Source: Macrostomum hystrix | Lineage: Eukaryota > Animalia > Platyhelminthes | Length of the DNA: 64,000 nt | Direction of reading: 5' to 3' | NCBI GenBank assembly: GCA_950097015.1 | Contig: CATNEN010000038.1 | Location: forward strand, 17,918,001-17,982,000 | Part shown: piece by piece, positions 37,016 to 50,600 of the stretch | How the letters are laid out: each line of letters starts with the position of its first letter | How positions within the stretch are numbered: the first letter of the stretch is position 1 | The notes under the pieces: generated by a model | Database searches by the model: none | What the model saw: the letters and a program-made list of their open reading frames with translations, nothing else | Told to the model about the DNA's origin: nothing | Position numbers and translations under genes: made by a program

Positions 37016-40000
37016 TCAAAGCAGCTCGCACGTCTTCGACCTCCCAGCAGCGCTATGAACCCTCGCCAGCTTCTCTCGCTTCTTTTCGCTCATCGGAGGT
37101 CCATGGTTCGAGATGCCACCATCGTCATCTGCCATTGAGTTTGTTGAGACATTGGTCGCGACTTCTGGCAAAAACTGCGTCAGTCTGGCATGGATCTCCT
37201 GGAACTTCTCTCCTCGCCACGTCAGCTGATCGTCCGCGTCCTTGTACATCTGGACGTAGATGAGCTGAGTGAGCGGCATCGACATCGGACCCTCCGGAGG
37301 CCAGGTCATCTTCTCCAGCATCACTGGCACAATCGGCTTGCGGATGGCGTCAGCGAGACTCACCTCGCGCCTGCAGTTGGGCGAGGCGGCGTACTTGGGA
37401 GTGACGAAGGCCAGCAGAACGCTGCAGCCGCGAACGCCGCGGTCGATCTTCTCGTACAGCGAGTCGCCTCCGCCCATCTGGAAGATGTCCATCCAGCAGG
37501 TGAATCCCAGACTGCTGAGTCGCGAGTAGAGCGCCTTCACCTCTGTCTGCTTTGCCCACTGGTACGAGAGAAACACCTGACACGCTGCTTGAGGTGCAGC
37601 CGACTGTGCGGAGCTGTCACTTCCGCCGTCTTTGCCGGCCGACTTGTCGGTTCTGGCATCCCCCTTCCGGTCCGGCAGCACGATGATCTCGTCAGCAATG
37701 GGCGGCTGCCACCAGTTTGCGTACTCAGCAGCCACCGAGTCATAGTCGGGCGCAACGGCCAACCGAATTTGAGCCAGCAGCTCTGAGAACTTGTCCGGCG
37801 GCCAGAACACTCCGCCGGCTGAGCCACCGGCCTTGCCACCACTCCGATCGAACATGCGGATGTACAGGTACTCTGTGAGCAGAGGACCCATGGCTCCCTC
37901 AGGAGGCCAGGACACTCGCTCCAGCTGCACAGGAATCAGGTGCTTGTTCAGCGACACCGACAAGTTCAGCTGCAATGGAGAAATCATGCATTTCAGCCAA
38001 ATATGATTGTACTTTAGCACCTTTAGCACTCGTCATGACCGATCACTCACCTCTCGTCTGCAGTTGTCCGACTTTGAGTACTTCTCAGTCACGCACGCGA
38101 TCACCACTTTTGCGGATCGAATTCCAGCATCGATGGCTGAGAACAGCTTGTCTCCGCCTCCCATCTGACCAATGTCCATCCAGCAGCGATATCCGGCCTT
38201 CTCAAGGTGCTGCTTGAGCATCTTCACCTCCGCCTGATGCGCCCACTGGTAGCTGAGGAAGACGTTGCGAGGAGCCGTGAATTCGACCGGATCGTCCGAT
38301 GCAGCCGACTCTGCAACCAAATGGGACGAATCATTTATTCAGACGACACCGCAACAGCAGCTCACGTGACACTCACCTGCGTTGAGAATGGACGCCTCGA
38401 CTATGGCTGCTGCGTCGAGCCGATTCATCTCCTTGAGCTGCTGAAGCACTGCCTTGGACGCCTCTGCTGCTCTGTTGTTTGCGTAGAACTCAGCCAACAG
38501 ACTCATGCACGGGTCCGGAGTCGTCGTCCATGCTCGAATGTCATCAGCTGTGAAGTTGAGCCTCTGAGCCAGCAGTCGCCAGTCAGTGTCGGACTCCGGA
38601 TTCATCAGGCGCGAGACCTCGCGAGACCACGCGGGAGCCGCACTCAGAGTCTTCAGGATGCAGTTTAGGTGAAGAGCGACTGCACTGGACTCGGAGTATG
38701 CTCAAAATGATGCAAATGACAGCTCACCTTCAGGTCGATCTCCTCCACCTTCTCGCCCAGCACTCCCACAGTCACATTCAGGTCGTCAACACGTCCTTCG
38801 GTGACCTCCACGCGTCCACGAACTTGACCGAGCTCGTCTCTGGTCTGATCCACGCGACCCGACACGTCGTCCACCTTGTGGGCGGTCTCGCTCAGGCCTC
38901 GCTCGAGTCCTCCGATCTTGCCGCTCTGCTCAGTGACCTGGCCTTCCAGACCGACCAGCGAGCGGTTCGCAATCACATCGAGCAGGTGGTTGCAGGCGTC
39001 GAGCAGTGCGGGACTCGACTTCCACCGCTTGATGTCGGACTCTCGCTCGGCCAGCAGCTGCGGACTGTCAACTCCGACGCGTCGCATCAGCGCGAGGCAG
39101 CCGGCGAGCTTGTCCGGAGCCGAGTCCAGCGACAGGTGGTGGTTCACGATGTCACAGATGGCCGTCATTAGATGAGCAGTATTAAAGCCGCACTTTCCCA
39201 TAGTCGTGATGACTTGTGCGACTAGATCAATGCTAGATTTGGCTGCATCCGTCAGCTGGTCCATGCAGCTGGACATGAGCTGTTGTTGATTGTCTGCGAG
39301 AGACGCTAATCCATTAAGTACAATCTGCTGGAAGGGATTGGGAACCTGCAGCATTGACAGGAGGAAGTCGCGCATCCTTCCTGCATTGAACTTGCAGTTT
39401 AACTTGCACACGTTGCATACCAAATGGATCAAAACTGGCTGTAGGACCTCTTCGCTTTCAATGAGATCCATGATTGCCACGACTTGAGCAGCCAACTCAT
39501 CAGGTACCTCAGTTGCTGTCACGCCTATCAAACAACCTGTTTTAGATAGAAAGATATGACAAGCTACTTCTCTTACCCGATGGTATTACGCAGCCTTTAT
39601 CTACGATATTCTTACCTGTCAGACTGGATGCGAGTGTGAGAAACTCTTGAGATCCTTTTGCCTTGCTTATCAGCTGCAGAAGCAGTGGGAAGTGCGACAG
39701 GAACTTAAACATTGTTTTGCCCGTTGTTCCCATGCAGCTGATTAAGCCGTAGTTAAGCACAGAAGCATAGGATTCGGGATTATCCAGAGCTTTTTCTACG
39801 ACCCTGATGTAGAGCGGGTACAGCTGAACATTGACTGGCAGCATCTGCAATGCCGTTTAGTAGCGATAGTACACTGAAGTAGGAAATGCGAGACCATTGT
39901 ATCTTGCATGCATGAAACTATAATCTCTAGAAAATGGCACAAGACTCACAGTCTCTGGAGACTGGGAACCCAGCAGGTAGCTGGACAGGCTGACCAGTAC

Positions 40001-43000
40001 TGAGCCCTCTGGAGAAAGCGATTCATTGCCCGACATGTCATTCAGCATTAAGTCGCGCTCGAGGCAGATCTCATAGATTGTCCTCAGCTTGTCGACACTG
40101 TTGTGGATCTCAGTGGCAGGCTTGGATGTGCTGATATTCGCGTCGTTTCATCGAATGCGTTGAGAACAGTTTGAGAAGTTTTCACGATATTTTTAATGGT
40201 TAAATAAAGAGACATTTCCAAGCTTGCTAACGTAACATCAAATTATAAATTAAAGTTAAATGGGAAGCAATAGGTACTGAAAAGTGCATCCCATGGGCTG
40301 GGAGTCGATCTCCCGACCTCTTGGTCAGTAGTCAGAAACTGAAATGTCCGAGACTCGTTTTACCGAGTCTCACAATGTGCTATTTGCACTTTACCAGTTT
40401 ATTAGTCAGCCAAAATATCTAGCCCATGTTGATATCCACTTGCTTTGATTTACTAAACGTCCAAAGTCCATTTGTTAAAGAATCCTACTAATCTAGTAGT
40501 TATATCGGGTATCTGAGTGCAGCTCGTACTTACCTCATAAAGCTCACGAAGTTTAAAAGTACACAATGGTAGTTGAAAGATTCGCGGAAGTTTTCCACAG
40601 TTGTCAACGGATTTCGCAGCGACTCGATCAGGGTGTCCAACACGGACTGGAACTGGTCGACAAGAGTTGGCCAGTAGAAAAGGCTCTCATTCCACCAGCT
40701 GACGCAGGTCAGCAAGCAGATGCTGCGCGCAGACATCACCTTGTACAGGAGGCTGAGCAGCTTCAGTTGAAGCTCTCTCTCCTGCATGACCTTCTTGGCT
40801 GGTGACTCGCTGCAGTTGCGGGATTAAGAAGTTAAAGCTGATTAAATATGTTTGTGTAAGCCATCCCAAATATATAATTGCGTTAGTGTTGTACTCTAGA
40901 TTAGTATTGGTATTGTGAAAGTGAAAATCTTAAACATCGTTCAGAATAAATTGAATTCTATTTCTAATTAAGCGCTTATATAGTTAAAAATAGCAATGGC
41001 CAATGAACAATGCCAGTCAAAAATACTGGGATTTCCGATTCGTGTCTCACAATACATCCTTGATGAAATCCCGCAGTACCCTGCTGATTTTGCTGAAGGA
41101 TGTGCATAGCTCCGGATTCACTCTCTGCTCTTCATTCAGCCTGCTATCAAGCTGGACTAGTCTCTCTGAGCACTTGTCTATGAACAGCATAATGCTGGGT
41201 TGAAACTTCTGCAAATATAGAAAAAAACTATAAACAAACATTGTTTTGAATTCAAAGTCACATGACTGAAAGTGACCAGAATATCTTCAATGACCTTAGC
41301 ATTCAACTGAATCTTCTTCATTGCCTGTTCGTCCATAAACATTCGCCGAAAGTAATCGTCGAACTGTTTGCAGGAAACAGTCAGTATTCTGAGGTACCCT
41401 GGCAGGCACACGATCAGGTCGTCAATTGTGGCCTGCAGCACTGGCAGAAGCCTATCAAAGATCCTCTCACGGGCTTCCTTGTACAGGGTGTCTATCGGCC
41501 CCAGCCTTTTGTTATTTTCTTTCACCGGCTTGCTGAGTAGACACTTGGTGTCCGCTGGCTCCTTCAGCTCGGACTGGATGCAAGGAAAATCCTACAATGT
41601 CCGATAGTTGTTAACGAGTTCGATTGTGACTGCAAAATCCTATGCCATACTATCGAGTGCACATATCTATAGCTTTGGATGCTTGTCGTGCAATTGAAGC
41701 CTATCAGGGCAACCTACAAGGAACAGTGAAAGTGTACACTGGCTGACAATGAGAAAGTCAGGGCACATGTACACACTTGTATACACTTGTGTGAGGATGT
41801 GCCTGCGTACATTACGAGCAATCTGTGTTCATGTGAACCCAGTAGTCAGCGGAGTAAGCAGAATTGCCTCCTCGCTGGCTGCGTATTGTAACTAAATAAA
41901 GTGCCCACAGCCCTCCTGCAAATGTAACGAATAATAATAGTACTATTATTATGTACTCTGCTAAAGCTAGACTGCAAAAGGAGTTGTCGGTCTGTCAGTT
42001 CAGAAAGGTTTTGCCAGCTCGTAGCTTTTAACTTCCTAGTTTAGACGATGATAGAGTCGAGTACATCTCAACTCTGGATTGCATTTTACTTTTTTGGCTG
42101 AAGGCCACACGTTGGCCCGATTGGAACAAACAAATTTTTAAGCAACTAAACAGGAAATTTTTAGAAAAACAATATTAGCGACTCGTACCTTAAAGGTCAA
42201 CTTCCTGCTTATAGTTAGATCGTAGATTCGATTGATCAGTGTGACGGCTGGTTTGAGGACACCTTCGCTCTTGGCTACCCTGATGCGCTTCAGACAAAGC
42301 CGCAATGCCTGATCGGCCAGGTAAGAGAAGCTTGTATCCGGAAAGGTACTGCAATGTTTGCAATATTAATCACCTGCAGTCACACTCGGAATTTACCAAT
42401 CAATAGAATCATAAGACTCAAGTTTAAAGACTCACTCAAACGTGTGACCGATGCTTCTCAGAGCTGCGTCCGTCTCCTCAACGCAGTCTGCTGACATTTC
42501 TTCGTCAGCCAGCTTGTCAACAATGTCCAGCACCGCTTTCATGAAGCTCTCATCGTCGGCAAAGTGCTTAAGAGATCAAAAAAAGATTGGATGAAGAAGA
42601 ATCTTATTTGGAGATTTTGCTTAAAGCAAAAAATATCGCTTCACTCACAAGCACTGCAGATGTCAGCTCAGAGCTATTCTTATAGTCCTTGAGTTTTTCT
42701 ACCACACTGCTTATCACGTGACTCCGGTATTGAATTGTATGAACACTTTCCGAGTTGCACTTCTTTAGAAAGTCCAAATAGATGTCCTTGATCAAGCTTG
42801 ATTGATCGAAAATCATATGATTGCTAAAACATTTTTACCGAATAAATATATAATCTTGGAGGCATAAGCTACTCAAGTTGAAACCTAGACTTGCACTCAC
42901 CTGAAACTTCTAATGAATACAGACGTTGTCCTGTGCTGAAGTGTGTACCGAGCGTGCGATGCGTCGTCAGAGTCGACTACCTCGTCAATTTTTGCCTTCC

Positions 43001-43995
43001 CCATTGCGAGCAGCAGCTGTTTTAAGCTAGTCGGATCCTGTGGAAGCATTAAATTTTTTTTTGTTTTATTGTTAGTTAAAATTTTCTTTTAATAGAAGGA
43101 ATCCGAAAATACCTCGAAAACCGATTCATCCAAGAACTGCGACAGCCTGTCGAGAATGTCTGCACTGAAGCCGGTGCAACCGTGGGCAAGGCAAGCGCAG
43201 ATGACCTTCCAGAGAATTGGCTTCAGTTTCATTTTCCACTCTTCGTTTTCCAATCTGGAAAGGCAGATGTGCAGATCTTTCACGCGTGCTCATTTTGTAC
43301 TGAGTCATTAGTTACTAGGCTTAGCAGCCAGTTCCCACTCTCTGACTAGTTAGCCATTGCCGCTGTATGGCCAAGCATAGTCCTATCCAATTAGTTAATT
43401 TAGTTAATTAATTAGAGGTTGAGCTAAAGATTTCTAGTAGCTTTTGTCCTTTGGAAACCGTTGGTTCGTATTCCCATTGTTTTTTTCACCGCTCTTCTGG
43501 GCCACCCGCGGAATTTCTGTCAGTGAGTTCATTCCAGCAAATCGGAGAGTTCAAATGAGCCCAGCCAATCGTATCGATGTTGTGACGTCGGCGTCTTCGC
43601 CGGACTTTATCGGAGCGTGCAAAACGAACGAGAAATTCAGGACTCTCTTGGATAATAGATTCCTTCTAGACTCAGGCATAAGAAATGAGACGAGACAAAA
43701 CTTTAAAAAGTACAAAACTTATGATTAAATTATACCAGAACTGAAATTCATCTCACATGGGACCTCGTACGTGATCAATGAACCGATTCACACAGTTGTC
43801 TCCAGGAGAGTTCCTTCTGGGCCACTGTTTGCTCTCAGTCTTGTCGAACAGATCCCCCATGGCTTGCATCAAAGCAATGACATCAGTTGCAGTCATGGCC
43901 TCGTGAGGAAAGTGCTTTCTGCAGTGATCTTGCACAGCATCGTCCGCATTTTCCGCAGTAGTTTGAAAATTTAGACTTCGAAAGTAGGCATCCAT
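37016..43995 (-). CDS. Death-TIR-TIR protein copy A1: helical N-terminal region (type A), coiled coil, Death, TIR, TIR, CaaX-like end; ~15 exons
   Basis: 3' exons: 39536-38728 (coiled coil), 38650-38377 (Death: AWSREVSRLMNPESDTDWRLLAQRLNF..LQQLKEMNRLDAAAIVE), 38310-38051 plus 37969-37016 (two TIRs: VFLSYQW..CWMDI.QMGGGD.L...ID.G.R...KY..S.NCRRE). Upstream exons include 39844-39616, 40130-39950, 40809-40534, 41208-41051, 41591-~41290 and six more up to ATG 43995 (MDAYFRSL). Some 5' boundaries are approximate. Confidence 0.85.
41675..41925 (+). mobile_element. SINE family 1, 3' part (intron of copy A1; duplicated at 60715-60970)
   Basis: CTGACAATGAGAAAGTCAGG, GCAGAATTGCCTCCTCGCTGGCTGC, GCCCTCCTGCAA. 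Confidence 0.8.
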
Positions 43996-44057
43996 TCTGC
44001 TGAAGACGGAGTTTTAAAAACAGTTGTATATATAAGCACCAATATCAGCCCTTTTAA

Positions 44058-44220
44058 GGCAGTGTACACTCTCCTAGAAGGTTAGCTTTCAAGGGCGTAA
44101 ATTGCACAACAAGCCACTAAGCTTTCTTTTCACATCTGCGCCCCAAATAAATGTGGCGTCGCCGCGGAATCGAGCTCAGGGACATTGGTGTGAGAGACAA
44201 ACGCGTCCTACCACTCAATC
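44058..44220 (-). mobile_element. SINE family 1, 5' part, just upstream of the A1 start (duplicated at 63101-63263)
   Basis: GAGCTCGATTCCGCGGCG on the minus strand. Confidence 0.8.
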
Positions 44221-44691
44221 CCATTTTACCGGATTTCTAACCGATGACTCTACTGGGCTATGTGTAACTTGTGTGTATTCTAATGTCCACAAGAAAGGAA
44301 AATGACTGACGTAGGCTGTCGGCTTTGTGAGCGTAGAAATCACGGAACTCAAACTCTGGAATCTAAGTAGTTTTAATATATTTGGTACTGCTTGATTAAC
44401 TGTCATTTAGGCGCAGAATGCTCATTCGACTATAAATACTCTTTATAGTGGAATATAAAATCATTAATCAGAAATAAATTAGATGGATTTTGTCTGCGAC
44501 GATCGCAAAACAGTCGTCGCAAGACCATGTGTAAAGCATGTACATTGAAGGAGACAGAGATATCTACGATATAGTACTTTAAATTTTAGTGTGATTGAGA
44601 ATATATGACGAATTTATGTATATCAATTATGTATAGTTTGATTAATTAGAATTTAGTCGATGGTATTACTCCTGAAGTATCAGCATTGAAA

Positions 44692-47600
44692 TTAAAGCAG
44701 CTCGCACGTCTTCGACCTCCCAGCAGCGCTATGAACCTTCGCCAGCTTCTCTCGCTTCTTTTCGCTCATCGGAGGTCCATGGTTCGAGATGCCACCACCA
44801 TCGTCATCTGCCATTGAGTTTGTTGAGACATTGGTCGCGACTTCTGGCAAAAACTGCGTCAGTCTGGTGTGGATCTCCTGGAACTTCTCTCCTCGCCACG
44901 TCAGCTGATCGTCCGCGTCCTTGTACATCTGGACGTAGATGAGCTGGGTGAGCGGCATCGACATCGGACCCTCTGGAGGCCAGGCCATCTTCTCCAGCAT
45001 CACTGGCACAATCGGCTTGCGGATGGCGTCAGCGAGACTCACCTCGCGCCTGCAGTTGGGCGAGGCGGCGTACTTGGGAGTGACGAAGGCCAGCAGAACA
45101 CTGCAGCCGCGAACGCCGCGGTCGATCTTCTCGTACAGCGAGTCGCCTCCGCCCATCTGGAAGATGTCCATCCAGCAGGTGAATCCCAGACTGCTGAGTC
45201 GCGAGTAGAGCGCCTTCACCTCTGTCTGCTTTGCCCACTGGTACGAGAGAAACACCTGACACGCTGCTTGAGGTGCAGCCGACTGTGCGGAGCTGTCACT
45301 TCCGCCGTCTTTGCCGGCCGACTTGTCGGTTCTGGCATCCCCCTTCCGGTCCGGCAGCACGATGATCTCGTCAGCAATGGGCGGCTGCCACCAGTTTGCG
45401 TACTCAGCAGCCACCGAGTCATAGTCGGGCGCAACGGCCAACCGAATTTGAGCCAGCAGCTCTGAGAACTTGTCCGGCGGCCAGAACACTCCGCCGGCTG
45501 AGCCACCGGCCTTGCCACCACTCCGATCGAACATGCGGATGTACAGGTACTCTGTGAGCAGAGGACCCATGGCTCCCTCAGGAGGCCAGGACACTCGCTC
45601 CAGCTGCACAGGAATCAGGTGCTTGTTCAGCGACACCGACAAGTTCAGCTGCAATCGAGAAATCATGCATTTCAGCCAAATATGATTGCACTTTAGCACC
45701 TTTAGCACTCGTCATGACCGATCACTCACCTCTCGTCTGCAGTTGTCCGACTTTGAGTACTTCTCAGTCACGCACGCGATCACCACTTTTGCGGATCGAA
45801 TTCCAGCATCGATGGCTGAGAACAGCTTGTCTCCGCCTCCCATCTGACCAATGTCCATCCAGCAGCGATATCCGGCCTTCTCAAGGTGCTGCTTGAGCAT
45901 CTTCACCTCCGCCTGATGCGCCCACTGGTAGCTGAGGAAGACGTTGCGAGGAGCCGTGAACTCGACCGGATCGTCCGATGCAGCCGACTCTGCAACCAAA
46001 TGGGACGAATCATTTATTCAGACGACACCGCAACAGCAGCTCACGTGACACTCACCTGCGTTGAGAATGGACGCCTCGACTATGGCTGCTGCGTCGAGCC
46101 GATTCATCTCCTTGAGCTGCTGAAGCACTGCCTTGGACGCCTCTGCTGCTCTGTTGTTTGCGTAGAACTCAGCCAACAGACTCATGCACGGGTCCGGAGT
46201 CGTCGTCCATGCTCGAATGTCATCAGCTGTGAAGTTGAGCCTCTGAGCCAGCAGTCGCCAGTCAGTGTCGGACTCCGGATTCATCAGGCGCGAGACCTCG
46301 CGAGACCACGCGGGAGCCGCACTCAGAGTCTTCAGGATGCAGTTTAGGTGAAGAGCGACTGCACTGGACTCGGAGTATGCTCAAAATGATGCAAATGACA
46401 GCTCACCTTCAGGTCGATCTCCTCCACCTTCTCGCCCAGCACTCCCACAGTCACATTCAGGTCGTCAACACGTCCTTCGGTGACCTCCACGCGTCCACGA
46501 ACTTGACCGAGCTCGTCTCTGGTCTGATCCACGCGACCCGACACGTCGTCCACCTTGTGAGCGGTGTCGCTCAGGCCTCGCTCGAGTCCTCCGATCTTGC
46601 CGCTCTGCTCAGTGACCTGGCCTTCCAGACCGACCAGCGAGCGGTTCGCAATCACATCGAGCAGGTGGTTGCAGGCGTCGAGCAGTGCGGGACTCGACTT
46701 CCACCGCTTGATGTCGGACTCTCGCTCGGCCAGCAGCTGCGGACTGTCAACTCCGACGCGTCGCATCAGCGCGAGGCAGCCGGCGAGCTTGTCCGGAGCC
46801 GAGTCCAACGACAGGTGGTGGTTCACGATGTCACAGATGGCCGTCATTAGATGAGCAGTATCGAATTTGCACTTCTCGATGGTGTCGATTGCGTGAACAA
46901 CAAGATTGATGTTGGATTTTGCGGTGGCTGTTAGAGGGTTCAGGCAGTCATTCATGACATGCTGTTGTGTTGCAGCAAGAGAGGCCAGTGCTGCCATGGA
47001 CGGCACTTGGTGGTCTCCCTGCTTCTGCAGAATCTTCAGCAAGTAGTCTCGAAGGAACTCTGGATGGTGTTTGCTGTTCAATTTGCAAGCATTGTTAATC
47101 AAATATGTAAGCTGACTATCGCTGTTTGGAACACCTTGAAATAAGTCAACCAAGTTCGGAATTTCGGCAGCCAAGTTATCCGGCATTTCTTCTTTTGAGC
47201 TGTTGTACAGATTGTCTGGAAAGATTAGCTCATAGACATGTAGGTTAACACTCGTGATTCATAATAAAATGACGATGTGCAACTTACACAAAAGTCCCGC
47301 TGCTATTCCCGCATACAATTGTGGCTGTTTGTTTTTCGTTTTCTTGAAGGCTTCAATTAGCTGCGGTAGGTGAGGAAGCGAAGGAAACACTGTTTCCGGG
47401 CTGTTTCCAAGGCACAAGCTGAGGCCCATTACGAGGCCCGTAGCGGAATCGGCCTTTGCGCTGCTTTGAAATTTATTGGCTGCCACAATGTACAAAGGAA
47501 GCAGCTCTTTGCTGACGTCAACTAGCTATGAAAAATTGGAAGGACGTGTGGGATTAGCATAAAATAAAGATAGGCATTTTAAGCAACTAATTTCCTACCT

Positions 47601-50600
47601 TTGCGGCCTGCTGGAATCCGGTAGTCAGACTAATTATAACAGAATGTGCAATTTGGCCTTCGATAGACATTGTGTCTTGCCCAGAATCGTCCACGGTTGC
47701 CACTTCACCAGCGAGACAGGCTTCAAGCAGGCTGTATAGTTGTTTCACTTTGCTGCAAATTACTTCCGGTGAGTTGCTTCTGAAAGTCCATTGATTTTTT
47801 GCAGCTGATAGATTACATTTTCCGTTTACTACTTTTAATGAAGCATTGCATGCATTATACGAGTTTCACGGCTAGAGACATGAAAATACTGTCGTCTGAG
47901 ATGCAGCACAATATTTTTTGGACATTGTGCCGCTCTTAGGGTTTCTGTTTTACGAATTTCCGAAAAACGAATGTTAGTGTGCAAGAACTATTACTGAACC
48001 TGACTGAATCTGCGAGGCGACAACACAAAATTGGCTGAGGATCTTCGGGCGGGGTGATAGACCCGGAAGTCCCAAAAGGTTACAGATATCCTGGTTACAG
48101 AAAACGGAGACTCGTTTTTCATCTTCAAATTAGTTCTTAATCAGTAGAAAGACCATCTCAGATGTTTTTATTCAGACTTAATTGGCGATTCGGTTTTATT
48201 GATATTTTAGGAGATGCAGAAACGATAATTATGTGGGTATTTGAAATACCCCCCAAATGTCTTTCTATACTTTTAAAGCCTTTAAAGTTTTCCGTGTTGG
48301 AGCCCCTATCACTTCTAAACTGTACACTGGGTTTGATTATTGAAATGATAGTTATTTCGTACGTTATTAAAATTCTTACACAACGGTGCTGACGAAGTTC
48401 AATGGAATATTTAGATAAACAGAGCCTCGGTGCAAAGTCTCTAGAGTAATGATCGGTTGTTGAACGTATTCTGTCAGTGCGTCGAGAACTGCGGGCAGCT
48501 GGTCGATCATGTCGGACCAGTTGAACATGTCCGCTTGCCAGCCACTGACGAGAATAGTCAAACTGATGCTTTTCACAGCTCGGAGCATGATTCCGAGTAG
48601 CTTGAGCTGCATTGGTTTCTGCCTGAGCATAGTCTTGCCTGGCGATTGGCTGAAATGTTTTTGGTTTGCTAGACGCGAAAATTGGAAGCGAAACAGCTTG
48701 AGAAGATGCATCTTTTGTTTAAATCCAGTAGATTGTACATCCATATACTCACTAAATGCTCATAATCAGCCTGTTAAATAGATCGCTAGAGTTGGCATCA
48801 ATTGAAGGATCCGCAGACAAGCGCTTCGCTTCCTCATCTGCCAGCAGTTTGGCTAGGTAAGTGTCCATGAATAGCAACAGGGCCGGACGGAACGTCTGCA
48901 GTGTGTTGATTCAATCCGTACTTCAGTTGATGCTTTGTGAGCAGATTTTTACGGTAACGTTAGTATAATAATTTCCATTGACAAAAAGAACGACTTTATA
49001 GTGTGTGTTTTGTCAGCACCAATCCACAAGCTGCGGTTCTGGTGAATCCTTCATCTCTCATGCCGTAACAATCAATTATTAAAATGCACTAAAGCCTGAC
49101 AACAAAGTATATTTCAAGTATATTTAAAGGAATCCTGAAACTGAGAAAATTTACCGTGGTCTATCAAATTAGAGCGAATAACGACTGTCACATTTTTTTG
49201 GAAAACACTTATTATGCGAGTATTGCCTTAATCTCACAACTGGGACGTTGATGCGCTAACAGTTTATAGGAGCTCGATTTATATTCAACTGTAGCTAGTA
49301 GGGGGTGAGTAGCAGAGCGGTTAACGTGTTTGTCCTTTCGCACAAGGTCCCTGAGCTCGATTCCGCGGCGAGGTCACATTCATTTGGGGGTGCAGCCGCT
49401 GAGAGAAGTCTAGAGGCTTGTCGTGCAATTGGTGCCATTAAAGGCCAACCCACAAGGTACAGTGAAGTGTACGCTGCCTGACGATGAGAAATTCAAGGCA
49501 GATGTACACACCTGTATGAGTGTCTGCTTGCGCTCAGCTGTCTGAGTGCGTGTGTGTGAGGTACAGCTTTTGGAAAAACATTATCCAATGCCTGAGCTGC
49601 TCAAAATAGCTATTTTTACATATGCGTCTTGCTTTATCATCCAATAATATACACGCGGACTTTCCATCCAATCAACGCGAACTAAGAGCATGCTATTTAA
49701 TCAGACGCTGAGCGCAAGAGTAAAGTGCATCCTTTTTTCCCATCCAGACTAGCTATCAGGCTTCTATGACAACCCTGATATAGCTTTACTCTTCCTGTCT
49801 AACAGGACTGTTGAATTCTAAACTCTGAGAATTTGAGAGAACTCAAATCTGCAGCATTCGAGTAACCGCTCCTACTTGACCGGCAGACCTCCAGGCTCCA
49901 GTCTTCGGAGACTCACTTAAGATAAGTCGGACAATACTCTTGTTGTCTAATTAATATCTTTGCGTGATCCAACATCCATGCGTATTTGACAACATTGCTG
50001 ATTGCGAAATATAACGTCTAAGTTGAAGGGTACAACATCAAGGTAAACAGTCGAACCGGCCTCCTGTCTCCTTACTCAATAATGGGAGAGATAACTAGAC
50101 CCTTAGTCCTAGACCTAGACCTAGACCTAGACCTAGTTCTAGTACTATTTTTAATTATTTCATGTGCCCAGGAGTCAGCGGAATAGCCTCCTCGCTGGCT
50201 GTGGTTCTAGTGTCACCAAATGATGTGCCTTTGTCCGCAGCCCTCCTGCAATTATTTTTAATATATAATATTATTGCTCATAGCTCGTACTTTAGGAGCT
50301 TCTTACTTTTAACTGAGATCGGAAGTTTGAATCCCAGTCGAATGATGACAGCTGCTTTGTCATTTGAATGATGACAATAGGCCCTATCAAATTATATTCC
50401 ACTTTTTAATTAATTGGGCATAATAGGCCCTATCAAATTATATTCCACTTTTTTAACTCAAATGGTCCGGATTCGGTTGATTCAAAAGCTTACCTCCGCG
50501 TCCTTCTGAATCAGCTTCTGATTCTGGCTGTCGAGAAACATCGATCTAAAGTACTGGTCGAACTCCTCAGCAGACACCGACAGCAGGTCCAGGTAGACAG

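Noticed and set aside
37190-39487. Plus-strand ORFs antisense to the TIR cassette, conserved in all copies
   Set aside because: Shadow ORFs of GC-rich coding exons. Their conservation is explained by DNA-level homogenisation.
37016-43995. Calling the array genes MyD88, SARM1 or NLRs
   Set aside because: There are two TIRs plus a very long N-terminus, no SAM domains were recognised, and no Walker A/NACHT or LRR motifs were seen.
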